Source: an uncultured Candidatus Saccharibacteria bacterium
GTDB taxonomy: Bacteria > Patescibacteriota > CPR2_A > CAYFQT01
NCBI GenBank assembly: GCA_964345445.1
Contig: CAYFQT010000038.1
Coordinates: 30,893-94,892 of the forward strand
Length of the DNA: 64,000 bases
Reading direction: 5' to 3'
A model generated the notes under the pieces. That model was not told the DNA's origin and made no database searches. It saw only the letters and a program-made list of their open reading frames with translations. Below are positions 37,045 to 46,611 of the stretch, in pieces. The first letter of the stretch is position 1. Every line of letters starts with the position of its first letter. Both the position numbers and the translations under genes were made by a program.

Positions 37045-37884
37045 ATGTTATTTAGAGATTCTAGCCTAAGAAGAAAAAAAAGGATTACAAAAACAAGACA
37101 TCATCCTAAAATTTATGCTAAAAGTTATAGAAGACCTCGCACTCCGAAATCTTTTTTTTCTTTTAAAAAAATTATCATTTTGTTCTTTTTAGGAGCTTTA
37201 TTTTCTGGATTAGTATATTTTATTTTTCTTTCTGGAATTTTCCAAGTTAAAAATATTATTTTAATAAATAATCGTTCAATTATTTTAGAAGAAGTGGAAA
37301 GAACATTAAATCCTATTTATAAAAAGAAATTATTAAATTTAGAATTTAATAATATTTTATTTTTTAAAAGCAGAGAGGCTAAAAATTTGCTTTTGGAGAA
37401 TTATCCTCGTTTAAGTTCTGTTGAAATTAAAAGGAAATTTCCTGATACATTAGAGATTAAAGTCCAAGAGAGAGAAGGGATTATTGTTTGGGATATAGGT
37501 GATAAGAAATATTTGATAGATGAAGAGGGTATTGCTTTTTCTGAATGCTTAGGAGAAAGTAATCTGCCAAATATTACAGATAGTAAAAAACTACCAGTTG
37601 ATTTGAATTCTCAAGTTGTAAATAGTGATTTTGTAAATTTTATTTTACAACTTTCAGAAAAACTACCTAAAGAAGATATATTTATTGGCTCTATTGTTGT
37701 TCCAGAATCAATTTATGATATTGAAATAGAAACTAAAAAAGGTTTTAAAATTTTTTTTGACATTAGAAGAAGTATAGATTCTCAAATTAATAAACTTAGA
37801 ACATTATTAGAGAAAATTGGGGATGAGGTAAATTATATTCAATATATTGATTTGAGAATTGAAAATAAAGTCTTTTATAAATAA
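37045..37884 (+). CDS. ftsQ: cell-division protein FtsQ/DivIB-like
   Basis: Basic N-terminus, single TM, POTRA-like region, in the dcw position after murB. Confidence 0.7.
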   Translation: MLFRDSSLRRKKRITKTRHHPKIYAKSYRRPRTPKSFFSFKKIIILFFLGALFSGLVYFIFLSGIFQVKNIILINNRSIILEEVERTLNPIYKKKLLNLEFNNILFFKSREAKNLLLENYPRLSSVEIKRKFPDTLEIKVQEREGIIVWDIGDKKYLIDEEGIAFSECLGESNLPNITDSKKLPVDLNSQVVNSDFVNFILQLSEKLPKEDIFIGSIVVPESIYDIEIETKKGFKIFFDIRRSIDSQINKLRTLLEKIGDEVNYIQYIDLRIENKVFYK

Positions 37885-37946
37885 AGAGTATCATAAGTGT
37901 CATCGGATATACCTTTGATACTTATTTATAAAGGAGGCATATTAAT

Positions 37947-38288
37947 ATGTGGTGGGCAATTTTAGGATTTGCTTTAGGAATAATTATAGGATTGTTTTTT
38001 ACTTTTTCTATTCCTATACAATATGCTCGATATACAGCAGTAGCTATATTAGCTGCTTTAGATTCTATTTTAGGGGCAGCAAAAGCAGACCTAGAAAATA
38101 GATATTCCAGTCAAATTTTTATCACTGGATTAATATTTAATATGGTTTTGGCAGCTGGAATTACTTTCTTAGGAGATAAATTAGGTTTAGATTTGTATAT
38201 TGCTGTGGTTGTAGCATTTACATTTAGAATGCTTTTGAATATTGGCAAAATCCGCCGTCATATTTTAGAGAGATTTAGAAAGAGATAA
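37947..38288 (+). CDS. sbp: small basic protein Sbp (DUF1290)
   Basis: IP..Y..Y...LAALD...G.....FN..LA..FLG..LG.DLY....F..R...NI..IRR pattern matches B. subtilis Sbp, which sits between divIB and ftsA. Confidence 0.7.
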   Translation: MWWAILGFALGIIIGLFFTFSIPIQYARYTAVAILAALDSILGAAKADLENRYSSQIFITGLIFNMVLAAGITFLGDKLGLDLYIAVVVAFTFRMLLNIGKIRRHILERFRKR

Positions 38289-38325
38289 AAAATAATTTGT
38301 ATTTTAAAATTTTTATATTGATAGT

Positions 38326-38414
38326 ATAGTTTTGCGAAGTAATGAAGAAGTAATGAAGGAGTACATAAGTATTATTAATTTTGAATGTTCTTTTAATTTA
38401 CTTCGCAAAACTAT
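38326..38414. repeat. 17-bp perfect inverted repeat (ATAGTTTTGCGAAGTAA / TTACTTCGCAAAACTAT) around a 55-nt loop
   Basis: The loop itself contains the direct repeat GAAGTAATGAAG x2. Confidence 0.7.
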
Positions 38415-38448
38415 CATTGTCCGACATATTTTCAAATGTAAAATAACA

Positions 38449-38478
38449 CCAGCAGAACCCCTTCCCTGCTGGTTTTTT
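38449..38478 (+). terminator. Rho-independent terminator closing the dcw operon
   Basis: CCAGCAG-AACCCCTTCC-CTGCTGG followed by TTTTTT. Confidence 0.6.
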
Positions 38479-38741
38479 ACACTAATTAAATATATTTTAT
38501 CTTAGAATTACTCTGATAAAATAATAAGACTTTTAGTAATAGAGTTTGCCAAAATTGGTGACTTTTTTAAAAAAAATTAAATTCTATCCCCTATTATGAT
38601 GAAACTTAGTATTTTTTTACTCCAGATCTCTATATTGCTGTTATATTGCTGTAGTGAGGGATTTTAATATAGTTCAGCAATAGCAATAATGTAGATTATT
38701 GAAGTGAAGGTGTTTGATTTTTAAAAAAATAATAAAAGATT

Positions 38742-39188
38742 TTAGTAGTTCACTTCCCTATCTTTCATAATCTTTCCGAAAGTCTCTTTTATTTCTTCAA
38801 AATGTTTTTCTTTTTCTTCCTTAGAATCATTTACACTATCTTTATAAAAATATACCAAAGCCAGACTTTCAGGATTGGAAGTTTCTCCTCCAAAATCTTC
38901 TGCTTTGCCGATTTCTAAAATATGATTTCCAAATTCTATCATATCTGCTTCGTGGTCAGATAGTTCTGTTATTTCATCTTGTTCAAATAATTCCATTTTT
39001 TCTATAATTTCTTCTGATTGCCAATCTACCTCTTGATTTTTTTCATAAGCCAAAGCGGAGATGAATTTCTTCAGTTCCTCAACTTCTCCTTTAATAATAA
39101 TTCTATTAAATTGTTCATCAATTTCTGGTTCTATTTCTATTTCTTCAGTTGGGTCATATTCAGAAGTAGATCCTAAATCCCCAAGCAT
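38742..39188 (-). CDS. highly acidic hypothetical protein (possible DNA-mimic-like)
   Basis: 148 aa, about 30% D/E, downstream (same strand) of the coupling-protein-like ATPase. Confidence 0.45.
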   Translation of the reverse strand: MLGDLGSTSEYDPTEEIEIEPEIDEQFNRIIIKGEVEELKKFISALAYEKNQEVDWQSEEIIEKMELFEQDEITELSDHEADMIEFGNHILEIGKAEDFGGETSNPESLALVYFYKDSVNDSKEEKEKHFEEIKETFGKIMKDREVNY

Positions 39189-39278
39189 TTTTTCCTCTCT
39201 TATTGAAGCCTAATTACATAGACTTCTCCTTTTTCGATAAAATACTTAAAGCATTTTATCAAGTAAAATGATTTAAAA

Positions 39279-39314
39279 AGCAGCTTCAATACATAAAAAG
39301 CTGCTCATTTTTTG
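39279..39314. terminator. bidirectional hairpin terminator
   Basis: AGCAGCTT-CAATACATAAA-AAGCTGCT with T-runs on both strands. Confidence 0.45.
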
Positions 39315-39629
39315 AGTTTTTTGTATAATTTTAATTTTTTTAGAAATTTTATTTTTGTTTTCATTTTTGTATAACGCAGATTAACACTGATATTATAATG
39401 TAGATTATTTTGACGCTGATTTACGCGGATATATATTATAATCGCTGAGTGCCGATTAATCGGCAGGCCCGACTGCAACGCTATGCTTGCATTAGCGGGC
39501 AGGCTACATCTTCAACATCTTGAACAAGTGAGCGGAGCGAACAATATAGCAATTTGAACATTTTATAATTATTTGTGTTTAATTTGTGCATTAAATTCGT
39601 GTTTAATTTGAGAAAGATTCCTGCTTTTT

Positions 39630-42482
39630 TCAACCAGAGTCTGATCTTCCTTTGGACGAAATTTTTACCTCTTCTCCTTCTTTCAACTCATGTGTTTTAC
39701 TTTTTTCTTTTTGTTCTTTTTCTTCAGTTACTGAGTTTTGGGTCTTTTCTTTTGAAGATGAAAGAGTATCAGAAGGTTCTGTGGGTTTATGTGATATCTT
39801 AATTTCTTCTTTTTCTTTTATTGGCCTATGATGTATTATAGAAGGCTTTGCTTCTTTTTTTTCTTCAGCTATTTCTTCTTGAGGTTTTTCTTTTACTTTT
39901 ATACCTTCTTCTTGAGTAACTTCTTCTAAAATATCTTCTGCAGTTATTCTTACCTCTGGGTATTTTTCTACTCTAATAGTTTCTCTGGGTCTTTTTTCTT
40001 TAAATTTCTGAGGTTGAGTTTCTTCTTCGTTTTCCTCTTCTGTTTCTTCTATCCCTGCCCAACGAGCAATTTTTTCTTCTACTACATTTTTTGGGGTGCT
40101 ATATCTTTCTTGTGATAAAAGAATAACCTTTTCTTTATTTTTATTTTCCCCTTTGAGTGGAGGTAAAGTTTGAGCAGAAAAAGCAGGAGAAGTTACCCCA
40201 TTAATAGCAAGTTTTAAATAAATATTATATTTATCCAAATTTACTATATCAGTTTCATCAAAGACTGGGGCTACTTCTTTGGCTAAGAATGTTGCATCTG
40301 CTGCGCCTACTCTAAAGGAAATTAATGTTCCAATATTGCCAAAAACAGCATCACGAACTACTTCAGGCATTTGGGCTATATATTGGTTAGCTACTATTAA
40401 ATTTAATCCATATTTTCTTGCTTCAGATAATATTTTGGCAAATGATTCAGTAGCAAAGTTTTGAAACTCATCAACATATAGATAAAAATCTTTTCTCTGT
40501 TTTTCTGGGATGTCTACTCGACTCATAGCTGCTAACTGGAGTTTAGTAATCATCATTGCTCCTAAAAGAGAAGAATTGTCTTCCCCTATAGTTCCTTGAG
40601 CTAATTTGATTAATAATATTTTTCCTGAATCAATAACTTCTCGCATATCGATAGTGCTTTTAGGCTGCCCTATAATGTTTCTTATTGTTGCCGAAGATAT
40701 AAACTGCCCTACTTTGTTTTGAATTGGAGAAATTGCTTCTGTTACTAAACGAGGATTTGATTGATATCCAGGAAACTCTTGAGTCCAAAATCTTTTTACT
40801 TCTATATCGGTAATTTTCTTAACCACTTTTTTTCTAAATTTTTTATCAGTAAGCATTCGATTTACTGATAACATTGTAGAATTAGGATAATCTAACAAAG
40901 CTAATAAAGTATTTCTTAAAATATGTTCTAATCTAGGACCCCAGGTGAAAGCCCAGATTTTTTGAAAAATGGAAATTAATCCTGAACATATCAACCCTTT
41001 ATAGTCAGGGTCCACAGCTTCTAGTGGATTGAAAGCAATAGGATATTCTCGATCAGAAGGATCAAAGATAATTACATCATTTATTCTTTCAGAGGGAATG
41101 AAATTTAATATATCGTCAATTAGGTCTCCATGAGGGTCCACTACTCCTACTCCTTTTCCTGCTCGGATATCAGAAATAGCCATATTTCTCAACATATTAG
41201 TCTTGCCCATCCCAGTTTTACCAATTAAATACATATGTTTTCTTCTGTCATCAGTTTTTATTCCAAATTTTTGTCTTATATGTCTAAAGTTTGTCTCGGC
41301 AAATAAAGTTAGTTCGCTAGATGGAATAACTTTTTCTTCAATTGGTAAGTTATCAGGAGGTTCTCCTTTTTTAGATTTTGTCCAAGCGATTGTGGGAGTT
41401 TCTACTCCTATAGTTGGAAGATGAAATATTGAAGCTAATTCTTCAGTATTTAAAACAAAGCCAGAGTCGGAAAACAAACGTGCTTTATAGTCTTGAAGAA
41501 AATTTTCACCTTCATAAGTTTTGTCTGATTTGAAACCATTTAGGTTAGCGGTTGAAAATTGTTTAAATGTTCCAATAAGAGATTGAAGATGAGGATTTAC
41601 AATTTGTCCTTTCTTGCAAACATATGCTGCTCTTATTTTTGTATCAAAACCAAGTTTGGATACTTTTTCCTCAATAGCCGAAAGCTGAGTCTCTTGAGCA
41701 GATGAGAGTTGAGGAGGTCCGGAGGCACTTTCTTCAGTGGTTCCTGGTGTAATCAAAGAAGTAATTTGTCCTAAAACTTTAGCTAAAAATCCAAAAGCTG
41801 TTCCTATGCCAAAAGCTTCTGGGTTTCCACCAGCTTTTACTATGTCTATATAAGAAAGACCTTTTTTTTGCCATTCTTCCCCTGAAGGACGAACGAGTAT
41901 TTGAATCCAAATTTGTTCATTATTTTCTTTTAATTTTCCTAAAACCCCAGTGATTCCTGCCAGAGGATCTACTTCGAAATCAGGAAAGGTTTTAATAGGA
42001 AAAAAATCTAATTTGTTTAAGAGAAGTTGAGTGCCCATAATTTGTTTTTCTTTTAAATCAATCTCAGTGTAATCAGGTACTTTTTCAATTTCTACTTCAG
42101 GATATTGGGCATAAATTTGTCCTTCCACAAAATCTCTTAGATGTTCTGGAACCCAAATAAAAAATCCAATTTTTCCATTTGTTGAAGCAATTTCAAAACT
42201 AATGTGTTCTTGTAATGTTCCTTCCAGAAATCTTTTTTTAGTAGGTTTATAAATTCCATGTAGAGAAGCAAACATCATTTCTGCTGCAGTAGGTCCTTTT
42301 TCATTTTCTTTTGGAATATACAAAGATAAAAGAACGTATTTTTGTTGAGAAACCCAGTTTAATTTTCTACGGCTTAAAAAAGACAAAAATAAAAGTAGAG
42401 GTACTAGAAACCATATACCCCAAAATAAAAATTTACCAGTTTGTGGTAATATTTGGCTTAAAATTTTAAATAAGCCTTCCAT
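39630..42482 (-). CDS. membrane-anchored P-loop NTPase of the type IV coupling protein (TraD/TraG/VirD4; FtsK-HerA superfamily) type, with long Glu/Lys-rich C-terminal tail
   Basis: N-terminal TM (FLFWGIWFLVPLLLFLSFL), Walker A GKTGMGKT, Walker B YLYVDEFQNF about 240 aa later, ANQYIAQ block, 220-aa low-complexity EK-rich tail. Confidence 0.7.
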   Translation of the reverse strand: MEGLFKILSQILPQTGKFLFWGIWFLVPLLLFLSFLSRRKLNWVSQQKYVLLSLYIPKENEKGPTAAEMMFASLHGIYKPTKKRFLEGTLQEHISFEIASTNGKIGFFIWVPEHLRDFVEGQIYAQYPEVEIEKVPDYTEIDLKEKQIMGTQLLLNKLDFFPIKTFPDFEVDPLAGITGVLGKLKENNEQIWIQILVRPSGEEWQKKGLSYIDIVKAGGNPEAFGIGTAFGFLAKVLGQITSLITPGTTEESASGPPQLSSAQETQLSAIEEKVSKLGFDTKIRAAYVCKKGQIVNPHLQSLIGTFKQFSTANLNGFKSDKTYEGENFLQDYKARLFSDSGFVLNTEELASIFHLPTIGVETPTIAWTKSKKGEPPDNLPIEEKVIPSSELTLFAETNFRHIRQKFGIKTDDRRKHMYLIGKTGMGKTNMLRNMAISDIRAGKGVGVVDPHGDLIDDILNFIPSERINDVIIFDPSDREYPIAFNPLEAVDPDYKGLICSGLISIFQKIWAFTWGPRLEHILRNTLLALLDYPNSTMLSVNRMLTDKKFRKKVVKKITDIEVKRFWTQEFPGYQSNPRLVTEAISPIQNKVGQFISSATIRNIIGQPKSTIDMREVIDSGKILLIKLAQGTIGEDNSSLLGAMMITKLQLAAMSRVDIPEKQRKDFYLYVDEFQNFATESFAKILSEARKYGLNLIVANQYIAQMPEVVRDAVFGNIGTLISFRVGAADATFLAKEVAPVFDETDIVNLDKYNIYLKLAINGVTSPAFSAQTLPPLKGENKNKEKVILLSQERYSTPKNVVEEKIARWAGIEETEEENEEETQPQKFKEKRPRETIRVEKYPEVRITAEDILEEVTQEEGIKVKEKPQEEIAEEKKEAKPSIIHHRPIKEKEEIKISHKPTEPSDTLSSSKEKTQNSVTEEKEQKEKSKTHELKEGEEVKISSKGRSDSG

Positions 42483-42535
42483 TTATTCACCCCTTTAAAT
42501 TATATATTCCCCTATTTTTATTATATCATTTTTCT

Positions 42536-43681
42536 CTATTTTTTATTTATCTTTTTTAGCCCATAAGTACATTTTTTTATTCTTGTAAATTGAGGTTTTT
42601 CTTGAAGATTTAAAACTATAGTATTAGGATTTACTTGACGTACTTCTAACACTTTTTTAATAATTTCATCTTTGCTAAGCGGTTTTCCTTCCTTTTCCAA
42701 TATTTCTTTAATAACATTTGCTACTGTTCCTGGTTTAAGCCCCCATTCAGAAAGTCCATAAATTCCTCTTCCTACTAAAACAAATTTTTTATCTTTTACT
42801 AATTCATTATGCACTGCTTGACTGTTTACTGGTTTTTTATCAAAATTTGCTTCGGTAATCATTTGAGCGACTGTTCTAAAATGAACAGGTTTTTTATATT
42901 TTCTTAAAACATATAAAGCTTTGTCTCTTATATTTTTAGGATTAATATTTGACCAATATTTAAGTCCCCATCTGCCATCTTCAGTTTTCATAATATTTCC
43001 ACTTATTTCTAAACAAGATAAGAGAAAGTTATCAGATAACATAAGTTGATTTTGCTTATAAAATTCTTGTATTTTGATTTTTTGTAGAATATAGTCGGAT
43101 TCTTGAACTTTTTGAGCTTTTTGTAGTATTTTCTCAAATGATAAAATTGTAGGTATAGTCAATCTTTGAGGATTTTTTAATAGACTCCAAGATTTTTTTA
43201 ATTTTTCCTGTTTTATTTTGATAAATTTATCTTCTGTTTCTAGGATGAATTTTAAAGCATTAATATTTTCATTACTTTGTTTTATTGAATTTAGGGTTTT
43301 TTGAATAATTTTTTCTTCAGTTAATACTCCCCCACTCTCTTTTATTATTTCTATAAGTAGATTAATTGCTGGGTTTAATATCTTTTTTGAAGAAGGTTGA
43401 TTTATTTTTATAAGACTCATTTTTTCTATTTGACGAATTCGTTCTCGAGATACTGAATATTCTTTTCCAATTTGTTCTAATGTCTGTTTCGCCTCGCCTT
43501 GTAGAGCAAAACGCTTAATTATTACTTCTTTTTCTCTAGGTTTAAGATTTTCAAGAACAGAAGATACTACCTTAGCTGGTTCAAATTCTTGTAAGGCATT
43601 TTTATGATTTATAGATATTATTTTGTCTAAAATAGAAGATTGAGTTTGTTGTTTTTCTTCATTATTCATTTTTTTCTCCAT
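42536..43681 (-). CDS. DNA-binding protein with sigma70 region-4-like HTH and C-terminal HARE-HTH-like winged helix
   Basis: LKPREKEVIIKRFAL...TLEQIGKEYSVSRERIRQIEKMSLIKI matches sigma region 4.2; C-terminal VLVGRGIYGLSEW is the HARE-HTH hallmark. Confidence 0.6.
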   Translation of the reverse strand: MEKKMNNEEKQQTQSSILDKIISINHKNALQEFEPAKVVSSVLENLKPREKEVIIKRFALQGEAKQTLEQIGKEYSVSRERIRQIEKMSLIKINQPSSKKILNPAINLLIEIIKESGGVLTEEKIIQKTLNSIKQSNENINALKFILETEDKFIKIKQEKLKKSWSLLKNPQRLTIPTILSFEKILQKAQKVQESDYILQKIKIQEFYKQNQLMLSDNFLLSCLEISGNIMKTEDGRWGLKYWSNINPKNIRDKALYVLRKYKKPVHFRTVAQMITEANFDKKPVNSQAVHNELVKDKKFVLVGRGIYGLSEWGLKPGTVANVIKEILEKEGKPLSKDEIIKKVLEVRQVNPNTIVLNLQEKPQFTRIKKCTYGLKKINKK

Positions 43682-43698
43682 ATCTGAATATAGTTATA

Positions 43699-43795
43699 TT
43701 TTCTAATGTAATTACTTAATTAGTGCTTCCACTTTGTTACAGCGTAATTAAGTAATTTTCTATTATATTTTCTAATGTAATTACTTAATTATAGC
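43699..43795 (-). promoter_or_regulatory. duplicated promoter/operator region: 26-nt direct repeat x2 plus a third copy of the 57-nt conserved promoter-leader module
   Basis: TATTTTCTAATGTAATTACTTAATTA at 43699-43724 and 43768-43793. The reverse complement of 43742-43795 matches the modules upstream of gtrA and gdh. Confidence 0.55.
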
Positions 43796-43907
43796 ACAGA
43801 ATGAGGAAAATGTCAAGTCTTTTATATTTAATATATAGTTAATTATTGTTATAAAAAAATACTATAGATTATTAAAAATCATAGCTGTTTTGCAGAATTG
43901 ACTTATT

Positions 43908-45371
43908 TTATCCTTTAATAACTCCAATAGGTTCCAGTCTAGCTATTTTTTTAGCTAAACCTGCTTTTTCTACTATATTAACAACTATATCTATATCTTT
44001 GTAAGCCTCAGGAGCTTCTTCAGCCAACCCTGGTTTGCTTTTGCACTTTACTATAATACCTCTTTTTCTTAAATCTTCTTCTAATTTTTCTCCCCAAATT
44101 TTTCTTTTAGCTGCTTTGCGGCTTAATACTCGCCCTGCTCCATGACAGACAGATCCAAAAGTATTTTGAGATTTTTCTGCCCCTGTTAATATATAAGAAG
44201 CAGTGCCCATATCACCAGGGATTAGAACTGGTTGTCCATAAGGTTTATAATCTTCTGGTAGGTCAGGATGACCAGGTCTGAAAGCTCGAGTGGCCCCCTT
44301 TCTATGCACACATACCTTAATAGTAGATGGTGATTGGTGGTTAGTGACTGTCTGGTGTTCTTCTATCTTAGCAATATTGTGGGCTACATCGTATAATAAC
44401 TTTAATTGAAAATTTTTTATTTTTCCTGCTAAGGTTTTTTCCCAAATTTTTCTTACTAGATGGGTTAAACATTGTCTGTTAGCCCAAGCAAAATTAGCCG
44501 ATGCACTCATAGCGGAAAAATATTTTTTGCCTTCCTCTGAATCTAAAGGGGCACAAGCCAACTCGGGGTCAGGAAGCTTAATTCTAAAACTTGATAACTT
44601 CCCGTGCATTTCTCTTACATAGTCAGTACAAACTTGGTGTCCTAGTCCTCGAGAGCCAGAATGAATAAAAATAGTTATTTGATCTTTTTTTAAATTAAAT
44701 TTTAAAGCTACATGTTTGTCAAAAATTTGTTTAACAGTCCCTATCTCTAAAAAATGATTTCCAGACCCCAAAGTTCCTAATTGATTAATTCCTCTCTGTT
44801 TTGCTCTTTCACTTACATTTTCTGGATTAACACCTGACATACATCCTTGCTCTTCAGTATGTTCTAAATCTTCTTTTGTTCCATATCCATTTTGGATAGC
44901 CCATCCGCTTCCATTTTTTAGAACTCCATCCATTTGGGAAGAATTAAGTTTTATTTTTCCCCCTCTACCCACTCCGGAGGGGATATTATAAAATAATTCG
45001 TCTAGTAATTTTTCTAAATGAGGTTTTAATTCTTCAAAAGTAACTTCAGAGGTTAGAACTCTTGTTCCACAATTGATGTCGTAACCGACTCCTCCAGGAG
45101 AGATAACACCTCGAGGCAGTTTTGTTGCCGCTACTCCTCCTATAGGAAAGCCATATCCTTCATGAACATCAGGCATAGCAAAAGCATACCCTACAATCCC
45201 AGGTAGAGTGGTTACATTCACTAATTGTTCTAATGACCTGTCTTTCCAAATTGATTGCAAAAGCAATTCATCTGCATAAATTCTGGCCGGAACTCGCATA
45301 TCACTTCTGTAACTTTTAGGAATTTCATATAAATATTCTTCAATTTTTTTCAAATATTTTTGCTCAATCAT
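43908..45371 (-). CDS. rtcB: RNA-splicing ligase RtcB
   Basis: GSGNHFLEIG, HNIAKIEEH and other RtcB signature blocks, 487 aa. Confidence 0.92.
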   Translation of the reverse strand: MIEQKYLKKIEEYLYEIPKSYRSDMRVPARIYADELLLQSIWKDRSLEQLVNVTTLPGIVGYAFAMPDVHEGYGFPIGGVAATKLPRGVISPGGVGYDINCGTRVLTSEVTFEELKPHLEKLLDELFYNIPSGVGRGGKIKLNSSQMDGVLKNGSGWAIQNGYGTKEDLEHTEEQGCMSGVNPENVSERAKQRGINQLGTLGSGNHFLEIGTVKQIFDKHVALKFNLKKDQITIFIHSGSRGLGHQVCTDYVREMHGKLSSFRIKLPDPELACAPLDSEEGKKYFSAMSASANFAWANRQCLTHLVRKIWEKTLAGKIKNFQLKLLYDVAHNIAKIEEHQTVTNHQSPSTIKVCVHRKGATRAFRPGHPDLPEDYKPYGQPVLIPGDMGTASYILTGAEKSQNTFGSVCHGAGRVLSRKAAKRKIWGEKLEEDLRKRGIIVKCKSKPGLAEEAPEAYKDIDIVVNIVEKAGLAKKIARLEPIGVIKG

Positions 45372-45467
45372 AAAATTTCCCTCTGTTTATATTTTATCAA
45401 ATTAGAGCAAAATAAAAAACAATCTAAAGATTTAGATTGATATATAATAATATATATTAATAATAAA

Positions 45468-45872
45468 CTATATATCAAATATAATCTGAGCTTGCCAAAT
45501 TCCTTTTTTTTCTTCTATTTTTAAATCATGATAGGTAGCAGCTTTGATTTCTAACTTTATATCAGAAGTTTTCATACCTTTAACTTCCGCTTCAATTTCT
45601 TTTTCATTTAGTTTTTTAATGTTAAATTGACTGTATATTTCTTGATTTGCATCATATAAATATAAGAGCTCATTTAAAAAGTCAATGAGTAAATCTTGAA
45701 TATTGCTAGCTTTAAGTCTTATTTCTCGTTTAATTTCAGGGGTAATTTTATTTAAATCAACCATATTGGAGAACATTGCATAGGCACTGTTTATAAAAAG
45801 CTCAGATAATTCTTTTCCATATGCTCGGATAGCTAAGTCAGCTATGTGTTCTAAATTTTCAAATTTTTTCAT
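45468..45872 (-). CDS. archease (RtcB activator)
   Basis: MKKFENLEHIADLAIRAYGKELSELF matches the archease N-terminal consensus; adjacent to rtcB. Confidence 0.8.
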   Translation of the reverse strand: MKKFENLEHIADLAIRAYGKELSELFINSAYAMFSNMVDLNKITPEIKREIRLKASNIQDLLIDFLNELLYLYDANQEIYSQFNIKKLNEKEIEAEVKGMKTSDIKLEIKAATYHDLKIEEKKGIWQAQIIFDI

Positions 45873-46555
45873 TTTATTTCACCAATAATTATCATTTTTC
45901 TATCTTTAAGTTGAATATTAGTTATATAAAAATTTTCTTCTTTGGGTAAAGATTTTTCTAATTCTTCAGTTATATTTTCTTGTAATTGACTAACTAAAAA
46001 AGAAGGAATTCCTACACTACCACAATAAATTTTTTTAATATTTATTTTAAGTTTACCATTTTGTATCCATGGGATAAAAACAACTTTAAATGCTGTTGAT
46101 ACAGGTTTTTTTGTCTTCCCAAATAATTTTACCTCTTCTGGTGTAATTACTATCTGAGGATTTTCAATTTCAATTTTATTTTTAGGGGGATAATAAACTA
46201 AATAAGAAGTTAATTCTTCCTGAGTAATTTCTATTTTAAAAATATTTTTGTCTAAAATAGGATTTTCTAATTTGTCTTGTAAAGATTGAGCTTTTTCTTC
46301 TGTAGGTATGATAACTTCTTTGGGTTTGGGTTCGTGATAGACCAAAGAAGAAATTCCGGGAATTTTAATAATGCCAGTAGCAGCCAATAATAAAATAATT
46401 AATAAAATAAAAAATATACACCCAGCTCCAAAAATTTTAAGACAAAAGTGTTTTTTGCGTTTTTTTCTGGGAGTTTTTAAAATTTCTATTTTTCTTCCTA
46501 ATTTTTTTATATCTTCTTTTCTTTGAGTTTTATTATTGTTAGAATAATTTGACAT
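45869..46555 (-). CDS. hypothetical membrane-anchored protein (basic N-terminus, 1 TM)
   Basis: 228 aa; stop overlaps the archease start (operon). Confidence 0.45.
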   Translation of the reverse strand: MSNYSNNNKTQRKEDIKKLGRKIEILKTPRKKRKKHFCLKIFGAGCIFFILLIILLLAATGIIKIPGISSLVYHEPKPKEVIIPTEEKAQSLQDKLENPILDKNIFKIEITQEELTSYLVYYPPKNKIEIENPQIVITPEEVKLFGKTKKPVSTAFKVVFIPWIQNGKLKINIKKIYCGSVGIPSFLVSQLQENITEELEKSLPKEENFYITNIQLKDRKMIIIGEIK

Positions 46556-46611
46556 CTTTTTAAGAATAGACTGTATGGGGTTTCAGCCCAAAAAATGATG
46601 GAATCTTCAGC

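Noticed and set aside
39575-39802. 75-aa plus-strand ORF, and 40279..40464 and 41203..41424
   Set aside because: They lie inside or antisense to the 950-aa ATPase gene, and the first is low-complexity Leu/Phe-rich.
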